In this document: positions 16,031 to 24,084 of the stretch, one piece after another | Layout: the number at the start of each line of letters is the position of its first letter | How positions within the stretch are numbered: position 1 is the first letter of the stretch | From: Nitrosococcus oceani ATCC 19707 | GTDB taxonomy: Bacteria; Pseudomonadota; Gammaproteobacteria; Nitrosococcales; Nitrosococcaceae | Direction: 5' to 3' | Length of the DNA stretch: 32,000 nucleotides | NCBI RefSeq assembly: GCF_000012805.1 | Contig: NC_007484.1 | Span: forward strand, 2,130,001 to 2,162,000 | The notes under the pieces: model-generated | Told to the model about the DNA's origin: nothing | The model's input: the letters and a program-made list of their open reading frames with translations, nothing else | The model's database searches: none | Position numbers and translations under genes: made by a program

Positions 16031-18754
16031 ATGTCAAGAACATTTCAGTCGGTCACTGGTTCCGAATTCCAGGATGTGGTCGCCGCCTACCCTTTCACCC
16101 GCCGGGTGACGGAAGTGCATCTTCATCACACCTGGCGCCCCCGGCAGCAAGACTATCGGGGGCTGGCCACCCTCGAAGGCATGTGGCGCTTCCATACCCA
16201 GACCCATGGCTGGAGTGATATTGCCCAGCATGTCACCATCGCCCCGGATGGGACCATCTGGCTTTGCCGCAATTTTAACTGGTCGCCGGCCAGCGCCCGC
16301 GGCTTTAACGGCAACCGGAAAGCCGGTCCATTCATGATTGAGCTGATTGGCGATTTCGATATCGGCAAGGAAACCATCACGGACCCGCAAATGGAAGCCA
16401 TGCTGACGGTGATCAAGACCATTCAGGATCACTTCAAGCTCCATCCTTCCCAGCTTCGCTTCCACAATGAAATGTCGGGCAAGACCTGCCCCGGAACCGG
16501 CTTCGACAAGGCTCAACTTATCAGGGACATTGAAGGCCACGCCCTGGAAGGCAGCACTGCAAGCCGCGGCGGGGATACCCCCTTTCCCGAGCGGGCGGGC
16601 CGGGCGTTTGAATTGATGCGCGGCCTTAATCCTTATGCCCGGCAAACTGATGAGATGGACGAGGCCGAGCATGCGGTCGGCTACGAGGCGCTTGAGCAGG
16701 CCTCCCGCAGCCGGTTATTCGGTCCTGAACTGACCGACGAAATGATCAATGCGCTCACAGATTATGTGGTCAACCTGGAATGGGGGCAATTTTCCGATTC
16801 GGGCCGCATCGGAACCACGCCCGGCGATGTGGACCGGCTGTTCGAGGAAGCAATACCGGCCGAGATCGAAGCGGCCAAAGCCCGCCAGGAAAAAGCCCGG
16901 CTTTTATTCTACGCTCATGGCGGGCTGGTGTCGGAGGAAAATGCTTTGCTCGGCGCTTTCAGCCAGCTCAAGTTCTGGCGCCGCAATAATGTCTATCCGA
17001 TTTTCTTTATCTGGGAGACGGGCTTTGCCGAGACTATCCGGCAGCTGATCAGCGCCGCCGTTGACAGGACGCGGGCGCGGGCGCGTATTTCCTGGGCAAC
17101 CGATAACATTATTGAAGAGGTGGTGCGGGCGCTCGGCAGTCCTCGGGTATGGGGCGGGATGAAAGCCAGCGCTTTGCTGGCCAGCGAACCCGATGGCGGT
17201 GCGGCCTATGTGGCGCAAAAAGCAGCCGACCTTTTGCAAAAGCACGGCGATGATATTGAATTTCACACGGTCGGCCATAGCGCGGGCTCTATTTTCCATG
17301 CCCATTTCATGGCGGCGCTCGTGAACAGGGGCGCCCGCCTCAAAACCGCCCATTATCTTGCCCCCGCCATCCGCTCCGATCTTTTTCACAAAATTGTCGC
17401 GCCGCATCTTGGCAACAGCATCGGGCCCCTGACGGTGTTCACCATGACCAAACAATTGGAAAGGGACGATACCGTCACCCCCCTTTATCGTAAATCGCTT
17501 TTGTACCTGATTTACGAAGCCCTGGAAGAAAAGCGTCAGACCGATATCCTCGGGCTTGAAATCTCACTGCGCGCCGACGATAAGGCGCGGGAGATATTCG
17601 GATTGCGGGGCACGCCTTCAGACCGGGGGGAAGTAGTGTGGTCACCGAGCAGCAATGCTGACTCGGGCAGCGCCAGCCAATCCTCTATCCATAGCGGCTT
17701 TGATGAAGACAAGGCCACCATGGAAAGCATCGCCCGGCGCGTCCTCAACCGGCGTGAAGGCCAGCCCATCGCGCCCTTTGAGCCGTCGCGCTCACGGGCG
17801 GCGGTCGATTTCTGGCAAGACCAGATTGACTGGCCGGAGCCTCTTGAGGCCTTGATGAGCAATGGCGCCGCCGCTGCCCCGGCTCCGGCCGGGGTAGCCC
17901 CCACCGTTATCGTCCCCCCGGCGGTGCAGCCCGGCCATCGGCCCAGTACCGGCCGCAAGCTTGCCCTGTGCGTCGGCATCGATCAGTATCCACGCAGCCC
18001 CTTAAGCGGTTGTGTGGCCGATGCCCGTTTATGGGAGCGTACGCTTTCCAACCTCGGTTTCACCACCAGCCGATTGCTGGATCAGGAGGCCACCGCCGAG
18101 ACCATTCGCACCCAATTGCGCACCCTGGTGCAAAACAGCAGCCCCGGCAATGTGCTGGTCTTCCAGTTCGCCGGACACGGCACCTGGATCGAGGATATTT
18201 CAGGGGATGAGGGAGACGGCGACACGCCGGATGGGGACGAATGCTTGTGCGCCGTGGATTGTGAAAGCGGGGAGGACGGCTTAATCATTGACGATCAGCT
18301 TCGCGTTATCCTCAACGATCTCCCAAGCGGCGTCGCCATGACTTGCTTTTTTGATTGCTGCCATTCCGGGACGGCCACCCGGGCATTATTACGGCCCTTT
18401 AGAACAGGGGCGCGGGGTGGAGAAACGCGCCCGCGTTATCTGGCGCCCTCGGCAGCCATGAAGCAGGCCTTTAAAAACCTTAAAAACCGAGCGGCGCGCC
18501 AAGGCGCTATGGGCACCAATACCATGCGCGAGGTGCTGTTCAGCGCCTGCCGCTCAGGCGAACTGGCCTATGAGAGCAACGGCCAGGGCGATTTCACCGC
18601 GCGCGCCGCGCAGGTGCTCGCCAATGGCATCGGCTCGCTCACCAACCGGGGTTTTCACGACCAGGTGCTGGAGAAATTCGGCCAAGCGCCCCGCCAGCAC
18701 CCGGAACTGGACTGTCAGCCCGAGCGGCTCAGCGCTCCGTTGCTTAATCTTTAA
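16031..18754 (+). CDS. Three-domain protein: N-acetylmuramoyl-L-alanine amidase (PGRP/Amidase_2) + alpha/beta-hydrolase (DUF900-like, GHSAG) + caspase-like peptidase C14
   Basis: The PGRP zinc ligands are present: VHLHHTW ... RFHNEMSGKTCPG. The hydrolase part reads LLFYAHGGLVSEENAL, IFFIWETG, and the nucleophile elbow HTVGHSAGS. The caspase part reads KLALCVGIDQY, the His in FQFAGHGT and the Cys in FFDCCHSG. The preferred start is ATG 16031 (MSRTFQ), with AGGGAG 8 nt upstream. No signal peptide is evident. Confidence 0.88.
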   Translation: MSRTFQSVTGSEFQDVVAAYPFTRRVTEVHLHHTWRPRQQDYRGLATLEGMWRFHTQTHGWSDIAQHVTIAPDGTIWLCRNFNWSPASARGFNGNRKAGPFMIELIGDFDIGKETITDPQMEAMLTVIKTIQDHFKLHPSQLRFHNEMSGKTCPGTGFDKAQLIRDIEGHALEGSTASRGGDTPFPERAGRAFELMRGLNPYARQTDEMDEAEHAVGYEALEQASRSRLFGPELTDEMINALTDYVVNLEWGQFSDSGRIGTTPGDVDRLFEEAIPAEIEAAKARQEKARLLFYAHGGLVSEENALLGAFSQLKFWRRNNVYPIFFIWETGFAETIRQLISAAVDRTRARARISWATDNIIEEVVRALGSPRVWGGMKASALLASEPDGGAAYVAQKAADLLQKHGDDIEFHTVGHSAGSIFHAHFMAALVNRGARLKTAHYLAPAIRSDLFHKIVAPHLGNSIGPLTVFTMTKQLERDDTVTPLYRKSLLYLIYEALEEKRQTDILGLEISLRADDKAREIFGLRGTPSDRGEVVWSPSSNADSGSASQSSIHSGFDEDKATMESIARRVLNRREGQPIAPFEPSRSRAAVDFWQDQIDWPEPLEALMSNGAAAAPAPAGVAPTVIVPPAVQPGHRPSTGRKLALCVGIDQYPRSPLSGCVADARLWERTLSNLGFTTSRLLDQEATAETIRTQLRTLVQNSSPGNVLVFQFAGHGTWIEDISGDEGDGDTPDGDECLCAVDCESGEDGLIIDDQLRVILNDLPSGVAMTCFFDCCHSGTATRALLRPFRTGARGGETRPRYLAPSAAMKQAFKNLKNRAARQGAMGTNTMREVLFSACRSGELAYESNGQGDFTARAAQVLANGIGSLTNRGFHDQVLEKFGQAPRQHPELDCQPERLSAPLLNL

Positions 18755-18771
18755 GAAAGGCTGAGGCGCGA

Positions 18772-20802
18772 ATGAAAGGCCCGCCTATCCCTACTCCAAC
18801 GGCCCCCGAGGCCGTTGAAGCCATCGCCCAGAGCCGGGGCGGACAGCCGGCACCCGGCGCCGGCAAGCCCGCCGGACCCGAACCTGGAGAAGGTCAACGC
18901 TACCGGATAAGCGCGCGCATCGACCGGGCCGAGTACACCCGGTTGCATGAGCGAACACCGGGAGAGCCCCTTTACCGGCCCCTTCGAATTTACGCCCTGA
19001 ACCCGGCCGTGTCGCGCCTTGACGGCGGCATCGCCGCAACCAAAATCCAGTATGAGCCCCTGGCGCCGGGACCAAAAGGCTCGATTCTGGAAGTCGATTC
19101 CCAGGATGCCGAGGGCCGCACCTACCCCAAGGCCAATCTTGAGGACCCCCTGGTGCTGCTGGAGGGGGGCTACACCCCCTCCCTCTCTTCGCCCTGCTTC
19201 CACCAGCAAATGGTCTATGCGGTGGCGATGATGACCTACAACCACTTCAAAGTGGCCCTCGGGCGCAATGTGGCCTGGTCATTCGCGCCCCGCGATCCGG
19301 CATCGGGAAACAACCGGCTGCTGCTACGTCCCCACGGGGCGCGGGAGGCTAACGCCTGGTACGATCGAACCCGGGGTGAAATCGTCTTTGGCTACTTCAA
19401 GGCGAAAAACTCAACGCCGGTGGTGCGTCAAGACGAGGGGTATGTATTCACCTGCACTTCCCACGATATCATCGTCCACGAAATGAGCCATGCCTTGCTT
19501 GATGGCCTCAGAGCCCACTTTCTCCATCCTACCCAGGGCGACGTGCTGGCCTTTCATGAAGCATTTGCCGATCTTATCGCCGTGTTCCAGCACTTCACCT
19601 TTGAAGACGTGGTGCGGGCCGAAGTCGCCTGCTCGCGGGGCAACCTTGAGAAGGCCGAGTTGCTCATTGACATCGCCCAGGAATTTGGCCGCAGCCTTGG
19701 CGAAGACGGACGGGCGCTGAGAACTTTGGTGGATTTGGCGGAACATTGCCATATTGGCGGCCACGATCACCAAATCAAATCCGGCGCCAATCCTCTGACC
19801 TATGACAATGCAGGGGTAGAACCCCATGAACGGGGCCGTGTGCTGGCCTGCGCCGTCTTTTCGGCATTTCTGACCCTTTACCGGCGGCGAACGCGCCGCT
19901 ATATCAAGCTGGCCACCCACGGCACGGGGGAGCTGCCCAAGGGCGATCTCTCCGATGGGTTGACCGATTTTCTGGTTGCCGAGGTGCGGCGGCTGGCCAA
20001 TCAGTTTCTGACCATCTGCATCCGCGCGATTGATTATTGCCCTCCTGTGGACATGCGCTTTAGCGACTACCTGCGCGCCCTGATCACCGCCGACCAGGAT
20101 GTGGCCCCCGACGATGACTGGGCTTACCGGGAGGCCATTATCCATGCCTTTGGCGAGCGGGGAATTTATGGCGAAGGCACGCCCACCATGACCGAGGATG
20201 CGCTCACCTGGGGCGGGCCGCGTCTTCCCATCGAGCCGGAGCCGGAGCTTAGCTTTGGACGCATGAAATTTGACAGCGATCCGGCCAAGCCTGCGGACGT
20301 TGCGGAGATGCGCCGGCAAGCGGGCGCCCTCGGGCGGCTCGCCACGCGCGTGGAATTGGCGGCGGAATTTGGGCTGGTCAGCCCCTCCAGCGCCGCTTTT
20401 GCCAGCGGCGAGTATGGCCTGCCCGTGGTGGAATCGGTGCGCTCGGTGCGGCGTGTGGGTCCGGACAAGCAGGTGGTTTTCGATATGGTGGCTGAAATCA
20501 TTCAGACCCGGCGCGTTAAAGATCGCCAGGGACGTCAATTCTCTTTCTATGGCGGCTCCACCGTTATCCTGGGTCCCCGCGGCGGCGTCCGCTTTATCAT
20601 CCGCAAACGGGTCGATCATGAGAAGCGGCTGGAAACCCAGCGCGAGTTTATGCACAGCACCGACGAGGCGGCATTCTGGGAAGCGGAGGGAAACCGCGTT
20701 CGCCCGGCACGTGATCTTTCCCGGCGCCTGTGCGTTCGCTTCCGCGCCAGCCCTAACTCGGAAAGCGAGGCAAGCGACGTACCGGCGCCGGGCCCTCGAT
20801 AA
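18772..20802 (+). CDS. Thermolysin-like (gluzincin, M4-like) zinc metallopeptidase without signal peptide, Pro/Gly-rich N-terminus
   Basis: HEMSHAL followed 23 residues later by FHEAFADL gives an HExxH...ExxxD arrangement. The upstream segments FHQQMVYAVAMMTYNHFK and ANAWYD..GEIVFGYF run parallel to thermolysin AHYYAGVTYDYYK and NAFWNGSQMVYGDG. It starts 17 nt after the stop of the caspase-fusion gene, with GAGG upstream. Confidence 0.85.
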   Translation: MKGPPIPTPTAPEAVEAIAQSRGGQPAPGAGKPAGPEPGEGQRYRISARIDRAEYTRLHERTPGEPLYRPLRIYALNPAVSRLDGGIAATKIQYEPLAPGPKGSILEVDSQDAEGRTYPKANLEDPLVLLEGGYTPSLSSPCFHQQMVYAVAMMTYNHFKVALGRNVAWSFAPRDPASGNNRLLLRPHGAREANAWYDRTRGEIVFGYFKAKNSTPVVRQDEGYVFTCTSHDIIVHEMSHALLDGLRAHFLHPTQGDVLAFHEAFADLIAVFQHFTFEDVVRAEVACSRGNLEKAELLIDIAQEFGRSLGEDGRALRTLVDLAEHCHIGGHDHQIKSGANPLTYDNAGVEPHERGRVLACAVFSAFLTLYRRRTRRYIKLATHGTGELPKGDLSDGLTDFLVAEVRRLANQFLTICIRAIDYCPPVDMRFSDYLRALITADQDVAPDDDWAYREAIIHAFGERGIYGEGTPTMTEDALTWGGPRLPIEPEPELSFGRMKFDSDPAKPADVAEMRRQAGALGRLATRVELAAEFGLVSPSSAAFASGEYGLPVVESVRSVRRVGPDKQVVFDMVAEIIQTRRVKDRQGRQFSFYGGSTVILGPRGGVRFIIRKRVDHEKRLETQREFMHSTDEAAFWEAEGNRVRPARDLSRRLCVRFRASPNSESEASDVPAPGPR

Positions 20803-20992
20803 AGCGCATAAGTAATGAGACAGTCCACTGATAAAAACCCCCACCTACGGCAGACAGATTCTTCAAACCTTGTGTCAGAGGCCGGAAAGCCAGCGTTTTC
20901 CAACCACTTAGTCTCACCAACGAGGGGAGTCCATGTCCCAACCGAGCGCGCCAAGAGTCGCGGATTCTCAGGTTACAAACCCGCGAACAACC

Positions 20993-21088
20993 CGAGGCTC
21001 TGCAAGACGCGCGAGCGTATCAGACGACCGACACGTTTTATCACCAGTATGCCGCAAGGCTATATATTATAGAGTCTGACCCCTTTTG
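20993..21088 (+). repeat. Direct repeat copy B (96 bp), possible solo IS-end remnant
   Basis: 90 of 96 positions match 12919-13014, in the same orientation. Weaker similarity extends left to ~20968. Confidence 0.9.
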
Positions 21089-21255
21089 TTTTATCCTGCA
21101 CGGGCTGTTCTATCCGGCTTGCTTCAGCTCCAGGGCACCAGGCAAGAATTGCGCTTGTTTGAGCCCGGGATAGTTTCTTTTGGGACATACCTTTGGGCTT
21201 TATCATCCTGAAGGTACAAATGGGTGGTCGGTATGAACTGCTGGCCATCATCAGC

Positions 21256-21280
21256 AAGGCCGCCCGATAGGAGCGGCCTT
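21256..21280 (-). terminator. GC-rich hairpin downstream of the 21309-21719 gene (possible terminator/stabiliser, no U-tract)
   Basis: AAGGCCGC (21256-21263) / GCGGCCTT (21273-21280), an 8-bp stem with a 9-nt loop, 28 nt past the stop codon. The lack of a T-run keeps confidence low. Confidence 0.3.
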
Positions 21281-21308
21281 GGTATAAAACGGATATGCAA
21301 ACCTAAGC

Positions 21309-21719
21309 TTATTCAATATCCATGGGTACGATAACCGGCTTACCATCCTGGATCACCGGTACGTCCACATCCGTCCTATCGACGCCGAATTCATAGGTAC
21401 CTTTCTCGCCGGTGTCCTCGTGCAGCATGACGAAGACCTTGTCGCCGGAGGCAACTTCCTCATCCAGGCTAACGCTGACGTCTTCTTGGGTACCGGATTT
21501 CACTGCCGAATAGCCAATGGATTGTGGTGCAATAATATTGCCATGCTCGTCGCTGGCGTGAATCACCACGAAACCATCATCCGGGACGGTTACACTATCC
21601 ACAGTGATTTCGCTGCCTGCCGGTTGAGGCGACACTTCGATTGCCGCCTTTTCGGCGGCGATGACAAAGCCGGCCACGCCGGTCATAGCCAGTACTAGCG
21701 GTAGAGTACGAAATTTCAT
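21309..21719 (-). CDS. Small secreted protein (DUF7282-like beta domain)
   Basis: The preferred start is ATG 21719, with AAAGGAG upstream. MKFRTLPLVLAMTGVAGFVIAAEKAA is a signal peptide. The body GFVVIHASDEHGNIIAPQSIGY...VSVSLDEEVASGDKVFVMLHEDTGEKGTYEF resembles the DUF7282 pattern. The track start at 21818 adds an unlikely 33-aa extension. Confidence 0.7.
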   Translation of the reverse strand: MKFRTLPLVLAMTGVAGFVIAAEKAAIEVSPQPAGSEITVDSVTVPDDGFVVIHASDEHGNIIAPQSIGYSAVKSGTQEDVSVSLDEEVASGDKVFVMLHEDTGEKGTYEFGVDRTDVDVPVIQDGKPVIVPMDIE

Positions 21720-22129
21720 CCCATTGCTCCTTTCTTGCCAAGTCAATGAATCCTGTTTCGCTTTCACCAAGCTAGATGAGTACATCAAAGTATAGGAAAA
21801 ATAAACCACCTTTTCCATGAGGATTGAATGTACGGAAAGCTGGGAAGGCCGGGGAAGCTGGCTTGGCTGTCAATCACTATGATAATCCATCGAAAAACAA
21901 CTGCACTCCGGTTCAGCTAGCACAAAAAAATCAAAGTCTCTGCCCCCTCAAGAATTTTGGCGATTGCCCCCGATTCCAGGATAGCGCGATGATTTCCAAT
22001 TCCCCGCTACAATTCGGGCCGTGTTCAATGCCGGTATCGAACACCCGCTTTAACAGGCGCGCCCAACGGATGCCGCAGAATGTGGCGCCTCCTCATTCGC
22101 ATCGCTTGGGTTGTTTTTGCATTCCACCA

Positions 22130-22276
22130 AAATTATTCGGTGTCACGCAACCGTGTGTCTCCGATCTCATGCGGGGCAAAATCGAATTGTTTAGTCTGGC
22201 CTCCTTGGCCAACATGGCGACGGTAGCCGGTTTGCATGTCGAGTTACATGGGCATGAGCCGGAAACTGCACCATAA
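22130..22276 (+). pseudogene. Remnant of an XRE-family HTH antitoxin (HigA-like), C-terminal ~48 aa only
   Basis: KLFGVTQPCVSDLMRGKIELFSLASLANMATVAGLHVELH matches the conserved HTH/C-terminal block of short HigA-type antitoxins. The upstream 100 codons of the 150-aa track ORF have no such similarity. Confidence 0.45.
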
Positions 22277-22364
22277 ATCATCACGCATATTTTATTCAGA
22301 ATAATCAATGGACTGCTGTTACAAGATGAATAGAAACGTTGGGTTTACCCCGGTCTGAGCGGTT

Positions 22365-23285
22365 TCAAGTTATCTGCTTCAAGCGGCTTATCCGCGCCCG
22401 GCCTACCCGGCTTTGGTTCTCCCGGGTCAGGGTTTGGCAAATATAATTACCCACCTCGATCAGTTTTTTAAGATCCACGCCGGTTTCAATACCCATTCCC
22501 TCCAACATATACACGACATCTTCCGTCGCTACATTGCCAGTGGCTCCCTTGGCATAAGGACACCCACCCAAACCAGCCACAGCGCTGTCAATAACGGAGA
22601 CCCCAAGTTCCAGGCAAGCAAAAATATTGGCCAGCGCCTGGCCGTAGGTATCATGGAAATGCACCGCCAACCGCGCCAGGGGAATCTCTTCCGCCACCGC
22701 CGCCAGTAGCTGTTGGGCCTGCAAGGGAGTGCCGATCCCAATGGTATCGCCGAGGCTGATCTCATCCACGCCCAGATCGGCAAACCAGCGCGCCAAACGG
22801 GCCACCTGGCGAGCTGCCACCGGACCCTCGTAGGGGCAACCCAAAACACAAGATAGATAGGCCCGCACCCCTAGCCGTTTTTCCCGAGCCTTGGCAATCA
22901 CCGGCTGATAACGATCCAGTGATTCCGCCACGGAACAATGGATATTTTTTTGGCAAAAGGTCTCCGTTACCCCGGTGAATACGGCAATATCCGCAACCCC
23001 GGCGGCAAGCGCCCGCTCCAGTCCGGCCTGATTGGGCACCAGCACCGGATAGCGCACGCCGGGCTGGCGTTGAACGCCGGCATACACCGCTTCGGCATCC
23101 GCCAATTGGGGCACCCAGCGGGGACTGACAAAGCTGGTCGCCTCGATAACCGGCAGCCCCGTTTCAGCCAACCGCTGAATAAACTCGATTTTAGTGGCCG
23201 TTTCCACTCTGCCGGGTTCATTTTGCAGGCCGTCGCGGGGCCCCACTTCAACGAGTTTGACCCGATCAGGAAATAATGCGCTCAT
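22365..23285 (-). CDS. liuE: Hydroxymethylglutaryl-CoA lyase
   Basis: VKLVEVGPRDGLQNE at the N-terminus, TIM-barrel HMGL-like motifs (ISLGDTIGIGTP, HFHDTYGQALAN, GLGGCPYAKGATGNVATEDVVYML), and leucine-catabolic operon context. Confidence 0.93.
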   Translation of the reverse strand: MSALFPDRVKLVEVGPRDGLQNEPGRVETATKIEFIQRLAETGLPVIEATSFVSPRWVPQLADAEAVYAGVQRQPGVRYPVLVPNQAGLERALAAGVADIAVFTGVTETFCQKNIHCSVAESLDRYQPVIAKAREKRLGVRAYLSCVLGCPYEGPVAARQVARLARWFADLGVDEISLGDTIGIGTPLQAQQLLAAVAEEIPLARLAVHFHDTYGQALANIFACLELGVSVIDSAVAGLGGCPYAKGATGNVATEDVVYMLEGMGIETGVDLKKLIEVGNYICQTLTRENQSRVGRARISRLKQIT

Positions 23286-23292
23286 CGATGAA

Positions 23293-24078
23293 TCAATACC
23301 GCCAGCGGGGCGGGCGTTTTTCTAAAAAAGCAGCGATTCCTTCTTGCCCTTCTGGCGAGCCGCGCAGACGGGCAAGCATCTCACCGGTATATTCCCGCAG
23401 ACTCTCCCCTCCCGGTTCAAGCCGAGCCAATAATCGTTTGCATTCGGCTATGGCTAGCGGCCCCGCCTTGAGAAGTCGGCGCACCTGGGAGGCCACAGCG
23501 GTTTCCAGCTCATCGGCATTCACCACCTGATGCACCAGTCCCAGCCGGAGAGCGACAGCACTGGGAATCAACTCACCACTCAGAAAAAACCGCCGTGCTT
23601 GGCGGGGGCCAATGGCGGCGACCACATAGGGGGCAATAATAGCGGGCACCAATCCAAGCCGAACCTCGCTGAAGGCAAAACTGGCGGAAGACACAGCGAT
23701 GGCAATATCGCAACAGGCTATCACCCCAATCGCTCCCCCATAGGCAGGACCATTGATCTTGGCAATGGTAGGCTGGGGCAAACGGTTCAATAACCGCATT
23801 ACCATGGCCAATTGCTGCGCATCCTGGCGATTGTTCTCTTCCGTTTCCAAACCCATGGCGCGCATCCACTGAAGGTCGGCGCCACTGGAAAAGCTTTCTC
23901 CCTGGCCGGTGAAAATCACTACCCGTATGGTCTCATCCTTGGCAATCGCCTGTAGCTGGCGGTGTAAAAGAGTGACCATTCGCCCGTCCAGGGCATTATG
24001 GCGGGCGGGAGTATTGAGCGTAAGCGTGCAAACACCCCGTTCATCGGTTTCTATTCGAATCGGTTCTAAGTCCATCAT
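23293..24078 (-). CDS. liuC: Enoyl-CoA hydratase family protein, context-inferred methylglutaconyl-CoA hydratase
   Basis: Crotonase fold motifs (LTLNTPARHNAL, VVIFTGQGESFSSGADL, INGPAYGGAIGVIACCDIAIA). It sits between the MCC beta and HMG-CoA lyase genes. Confidence 0.88.
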   Translation of the reverse strand: MMDLEPIRIETDERGVCTLTLNTPARHNALDGRMVTLLHRQLQAIAKDETIRVVIFTGQGESFSSGADLQWMRAMGLETEENNRQDAQQLAMVMRLLNRLPQPTIAKINGPAYGGAIGVIACCDIAIAVSSASFAFSEVRLGLVPAIIAPYVVAAIGPRQARRFFLSGELIPSAVALRLGLVHQVVNADELETAVASQVRRLLKAGPLAIAECKRLLARLEPGGESLREYTGEMLARLRGSPEGQEGIAAFLEKRPPRWRY

Positions 24079-24084
24079 GCTTCT

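Noticed and set aside
16034-19245. Minus-strand ORFs 16034-16672, 16904-17455, 17536-17979 and 18751-19245, plus several short plus-strand alternatives
   Set aside because: All overlap the PGRP-hydrolase-caspase gene or the start of the protease gene in GC-rich DNA, and none has motifs.
19411-20844. 477-aa minus-strand ORF
   Set aside because: It is antisense to the metallopeptidase gene, which carries HExxH...ExxxD and thermolysin-like blocks. Its translation is a low-complexity Arg/Gly/Ala-rich sequence typical of GC-rich shadow frames.
20815-21257. ORFs 20815-21072 (+) and 21060-21257 (-)
   Set aside because: The first is read-through across repeat copy B. The second (MSQKKLSRAQTSAILAW...) might be the truncated 5' end of a gene interrupted by the repeat, but I cannot assign it.
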